This document shows positions 53,152 to 56,213 of a DNA stretch of 56,213 nt, one piece after another; position 1 is the first letter of the stretch; each line of letters opens with the position of its first letter. The notes below the pieces were generated by a model that searched no databases, was not told the origin of the DNA, and worked only from the letters and a program-made list of their open reading frames with translations. The position numbers and the translations under genes were made by a program. Source of the stretch: Patescibacteria group bacterium (GTDB taxonomy: Bacteria; Patescibacteriota; Patescibacteriia; Veblenbacterales; UBA10138); the NCBI GenBank assembly GCA_043823825.1, contig JBDRTU010000048.1:1-56213 (forward strand), given 5' to 3'.

Positions 53152-54411
53152 ATGTTCTTAGACGACCTACAGTCATCTCCCAAAATTAAGCCAGTAAAAA
53201 AATCCCTCCCAAATTTTAATTTGTCGCCCTGGTTAATGGTCGTGCTAGTGGCTTTTATTGCTGGCGCTGCTGGAGCCATAATAGTTCAGAGTTTATTTTT
53301 AGGCCAGTGGAGCGTACCAATTATCAATCAAGGACTACCGACTAATCAAACAATAGTTCTCCAAGAAGAGTCGGTCACTAGTGAGGTGGTAAAAACAGTA
53401 TCACCCTCGGTGGTTAGTATTATTATCTCTAAGGATTTATCTAAAATTTATAATCAAACCGGCCCAGGCGCTTTTCCGTTTGATTTTTTTAATTTCCCTT
53501 TTGGTTTTAAAATTACCCCACCCCAAGTTCCTGAAGGTAAGCGGGAAATAGGTGGTGGCACTGGTTTTGTAATTAATCAAGTCAAAGGGCTAATTTTAAC
53601 CAATAAGCATGTGGTAGACGATACTGAGGCAGAATATACAGTCCTCACTAGTGACGGTACACGCTACGAAGCGACGGTAGTGGCGCGTGATCCAGTAGTT
53701 GATATGGCTCTGTTGAAAGTTTCCGCTACCAATTTACCAGCAGTTACTTTAGGTGACTCAGACCAAGTGACAATTGGCCAAACTGTAATTGCTATTGGTA
53801 ATGCTTTGGGTGAATATCGTAATACTGTTACTAAAGGAGTAATTTCTGGTATCGGCCGTAACATTGTGGCAGGTAGTGGTCAGGGCGCTTCGGAATCTCT
53901 AGAAAATTTATTCCAGACTGACGCTGCTATTAACCGTGGCAATTCAGGTGGACCACTGGTTAATCTAGCCAGTCAAGTTATTGGTATTAATACGGCTGTA
54001 GACAGTCAGGGCCAGCTGATTGGCTTTACTATTCCTATTAACGAGGCGAAAAGGCTAATTTCTAGTTATGAAAAATACGGGAGGGTCGTACGGTCCTACT
54101 TAGGTGTGCGTTATGTGATTATTACCCCCGAAGCAGCGCGAGCTAATGATTTACCAGTTGATTATGGCGCCCTGTTGTCTAAGGGGAGTCAAGAAGGGGA
54201 ATCAGCGGTGGTACCAGATAGTCCGGCGGCGCGGGCTGGATTGCAAGAAGGGGATATTATTTTAGAACTTAATGGTCAACGAATTGATCAAGGTCACAGC
54301 CTGGCTCGCTTAATTGCTCAGAATAATCCAGGCGATAGCATTACGCTTAAAATACTGCGCAATGAAAAAGAGTTAGAATTAACAGCCACCCTAGAAGAGT
54401 TTAAAGAGTAG
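53152..54411 (+). CDS. htrA: HtrA/DegP-family serine protease with PDZ domain
   Basis: 419 aa. TM anchor. TNKHVV (His), DMALLKV (Asp), GNSGGPL (Ser) and a C-terminal PDZ domain (GLQEGDIILELNG). Confidence 0.9.
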   Translation: MFLDDLQSSPKIKPVKKSLPNFNLSPWLMVVLVAFIAGAAGAIIVQSLFLGQWSVPIINQGLPTNQTIVLQEESVTSEVVKTVSPSVVSIIISKDLSKIYNQTGPGAFPFDFFNFPFGFKITPPQVPEGKREIGGGTGFVINQVKGLILTNKHVVDDTEAEYTVLTSDGTRYEATVVARDPVVDMALLKVSATNLPAVTLGDSDQVTIGQTVIAIGNALGEYRNTVTKGVISGIGRNIVAGSGQGASESLENLFQTDAAINRGNSGGPLVNLASQVIGINTAVDSQGQLIGFTIPINEAKRLISSYEKYGRVVRSYLGVRYVIITPEAARANDLPVDYGALLSKGSQEGESAVVPDSPAARAGLQEGDIILELNGQRIDQGHSLARLIAQNNPGDSITLKILRNEKELELTATLEEFKE

Positions 54412-54560
54412 TATTGTATTATTATAGTCCTCGCTCACTAGGCGATTTTTTTAAAAAATTGGTTCAATGTAAAAGTGAGCCGAGTTTTTAGTGACAATTA
54501 GAGAAAAATAAAGGGCAAGGCCGGACATTTGCAACGTTATCTTTCATAGGAAAGACTTTT

Positions 54561-55310
54561 TTAGCTAGTGTTTTTTACTTTGGTTCCCACCTGGGCCCAG
54601 TCGTAAAGTCGTTTCATATTGTCATAACTCACATTGACACAGCCATGGCTTTTAGGTTGGCCAAAATCATTGTGCCAATAAGCCCCGTGAATATAGTAAT
54701 TGTATTTTTCGGTGGTGAAATGTAAATTCCATTTAGTATTAGGAAAATCAAAACCAACTCCGGCATAATGTTTAACCGGATATTTTCTAATTACTGCAAA
54801 TTCACCAACTGGTGTAGCCCAACCCTTAACACCTCCGGAAATAGGAAAGGCTTCTAATTTTTTACCGCCAAAGTAATAAGCCAGATGCTGTTTAGCTAAA
54901 TCCACAGCAATTAATTTTTCCAGTTTTGTTGGGGTAGGGTCAAGCGGATCATATCCCGCCCTAACTTCAGTGCCGTCTAAATATAAGTCGCCATCTGAGT
55001 CAGGGTTCATTAAACCAGTGCCCATGGCCAACTCCCAAGCGTCTGGTAGATAATCTTTGTCACTATCTACTTCTGTTAATTTTTTTGCATCACCAAAGCG
55101 CGGCGAGTAACCATATTCAATTTCCAAAGCATCAGGGTAGCCGTCGCCGTCAGTATCTGGATTTTGTGGATCAGTGGCATAAATCAATATTTCTTGCTCA
55201 TCTGATAAGCCGTCGCTGTCACTGTCAATTTCTTGAGCTGATGAGTGATTAGTTTGCAGTAATACAAATGTAGTTGCAATTACTAGAGCTAAAATAATCT
55301 TTGTTTTCAT
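54561..55310 (-). CDS. L,D-transpeptidase (YkuD) with N-terminal TSP3 Ca-binding repeats
   Basis: 249 aa. Signal peptide. DSDSDGLSD, DTDGDGYPD, DSDKDYLPD and DSDGDLYLDG repeats. Catalytic region HGAYWHNDFGQPKSHGCVNV. Confidence 0.85.
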   Translation of the reverse strand: MKTKIILALVIATTFVLLQTNHSSAQEIDSDSDGLSDEQEILIYATDPQNPDTDGDGYPDALEIEYGYSPRFGDAKKLTEVDSDKDYLPDAWELAMGTGLMNPDSDGDLYLDGTEVRAGYDPLDPTPTKLEKLIAVDLAKQHLAYYFGGKKLEAFPISGGVKGWATPVGEFAVIRKYPVKHYAGVGFDFPNTKWNLHFTTEKYNYYIHGAYWHNDFGQPKSHGCVNVSYDNMKRLYDWAQVGTKVKNTS

Positions 55311-55438
55311 TAATTTTATTGTAGCATAAACTGTTAGGTATTAAATATAAGTCGACTTGACAATAGTGATTATTTACACCAAAATAGGATTAAATTAACA
55401 TACAAATCACAGTTGTTTAACAATCATTAGGAGGATTT

Positions 55439-55939
55439 ATGAAAATCCGTTTAGTAGTTTTCATTGTTTTGTTTACCTTTGTATTTAAAAGCCAGCCAGC
55501 CCCGACGCAAAATCTCGGTAATGATTTGCCGCGAGCCAGTCAACAACTGATTAAGTATATGGAAAAACCGGCAAGACCTGACCGACTCAAATTTTATAAA
55601 ATATTCGCAAAGCAAGAAATCCAGTTAGCTTTCATCAGCGCTGGCAATCAGTACATAATTAATTATTCTCCATTAAAATCAAAGCTGTCATATTGGATAA
55701 TTCCGGAAAACGGTAAGAACAACATGGACGGTTTTGCAACCTTTTGGGATGAAGGGGTTAATGGTACTGCGGATTATGGAATAAGCGGCGGTCTGGTCAG
55801 AAGTGAAAATGATATTAAATATTATTGCAACAGTCGTGATCCAAATACAGAAAAAAGTGATGATAAGTATAAGCAACATTGGCAAAAAAGGTTGCAACAA
55901 ACAATAAAAATCGCACTTAATGTTTTGGCAACGCCATAA
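55439..55939 (+). CDS. hypothetical secreted protein
   Basis: 166 aa. AGGAGG RBS 5 nt upstream of the ATG. Signal peptide. AT-rich. Confidence 0.6.
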   Translation: MKIRLVVFIVLFTFVFKSQPAPTQNLGNDLPRASQQLIKYMEKPARPDRLKFYKIFAKQEIQLAFISAGNQYIINYSPLKSKLSYWIIPENGKNNMDGFATFWDEGVNGTADYGISGGLVRSENDIKYYCNSRDPNTEKSDDKYKQHWQKRLQQTIKIALNVLATP

Positions 55940-55960
55940 ACAGCAAAGACATGAGGTAAT

Positions 55961-55988
55961 CCGGTGGAAATCAAAACCACCGGTTTTT
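55961..55988 (+). terminator. intrinsic terminator
   Basis: CCGGUGG-aaaucaaaa-CCACCGG followed by TTTTT. Confidence 0.7.
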
Positions 55989-56086
55989 ATTTGCATATTT
56001 TCCTCGTTTAACTGGCTTGAATTACGCACTAAACTGAAGACTAGTAATAAAGCTGAAGAAGATGAGATACATAGGCTGTTTTCTGG

Positions 56087-56213
56087 TCAATAGCTTCGCA
56101 TCACTTCTAGAGGCGTTTTCATATTTAATCCCATATGTGGTCGCTCGGTATTGTAGTAGTGCAAGAATTCTGGGATAGCTCTTTTCCAAGCCAGCAACGA
56201 TCGAGGAACTCGA
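56087..56213 (-). mobile_element. C-terminal 41 codons of a DDE (rve/integrase-core) IS transposase, truncated by the right edge
   Basis: My reverse-complement translation gives RVPRSLLAWKRAIPEFLHYYNTERPHMGLNMKTPLEVMRSY*. This is the typical ..F..YYN.ERPH..L....P tail of IS3/IS481-type transposases. The TGA stop is at 56089-56087. Confidence 0.7.

Noticed and set aside
55688-56029. Track ORF of 113 aa on the minus strand
   Set aside because: It overlaps the better-supported + strand gene 55439..55939 (RBS, signal peptide) and runs through that gene's terminator hairpin.

Overview
This is a 56.2-kb window of about 40% G+C that uses the standard genetic code (TGA ends ORFs at sensible positions). 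All calls come from reading the sequence and recognising motifs by eye. No searches, alignments or folding programs were run.

Most of the window is core housekeeping genes of a small-genome bacterium: parA-parB, rel, topA, dprA, mfd, pth, der, an LCP protein, lepB, hisS, rpsU, yqeY, ybeY, dgkA, ftsA-ftsZ, nrdR-nrdJ and htrA. Between them sit very large secreted or surface proteins:
- an 1817-aa S8 protease;
- a 3099-aa mosaic adhesin with a VirB2/TrbC-pilin-like N-terminus;
- several proteins with thrombospondin-type-3 Ca-binding repeats.

This mix, with no biosynthetic genes, fits a CPR/Patescibacteria-like episymbiont. That assignment is inference only. The left edge cuts through a reverse transcriptase gene and the right edge cuts through an IS-type DDE transposase.

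RNA genes and regulatory elements:
- tRNA-Leu(CAA) and tRNA-Val(CAC);
- a cobalamin riboswitch;
- two NrdR boxes;
- several near-consensus sigma70-type promoters and intrinsic terminators.

Most interesting leads:
1. A complete tRNA-Val lies inside a 167-nt intervening sequence that splits a second tRNA-like gene in its anticodon loop. The ends of the intervening sequence form a perfect 12-bp helix.
2. A GC-rich four-way-junction RNA with two GAAA hairpins sits next to the truncated RT. It has a competing alternative helix and an 11-nt (10/11 identical) direct repeat exactly 120 nt apart.
3. A vitamin-B12 scavenging neighbourhood contains class II RNR, a PduO adenosyltransferase, a DUF4430 protein, an S-component-like membrane protein and a riboswitch-controlled secreted alpha/alpha-toroid protein. 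Together the last and the DUF4430 protein look like a split transcobalamin analogue.
4. A stand-alone sRNA candidate displays an anti-Shine-Dalgarno CCCCUCCUUA loop.
5. Several further GC-rich structured islands have no recognisable family.
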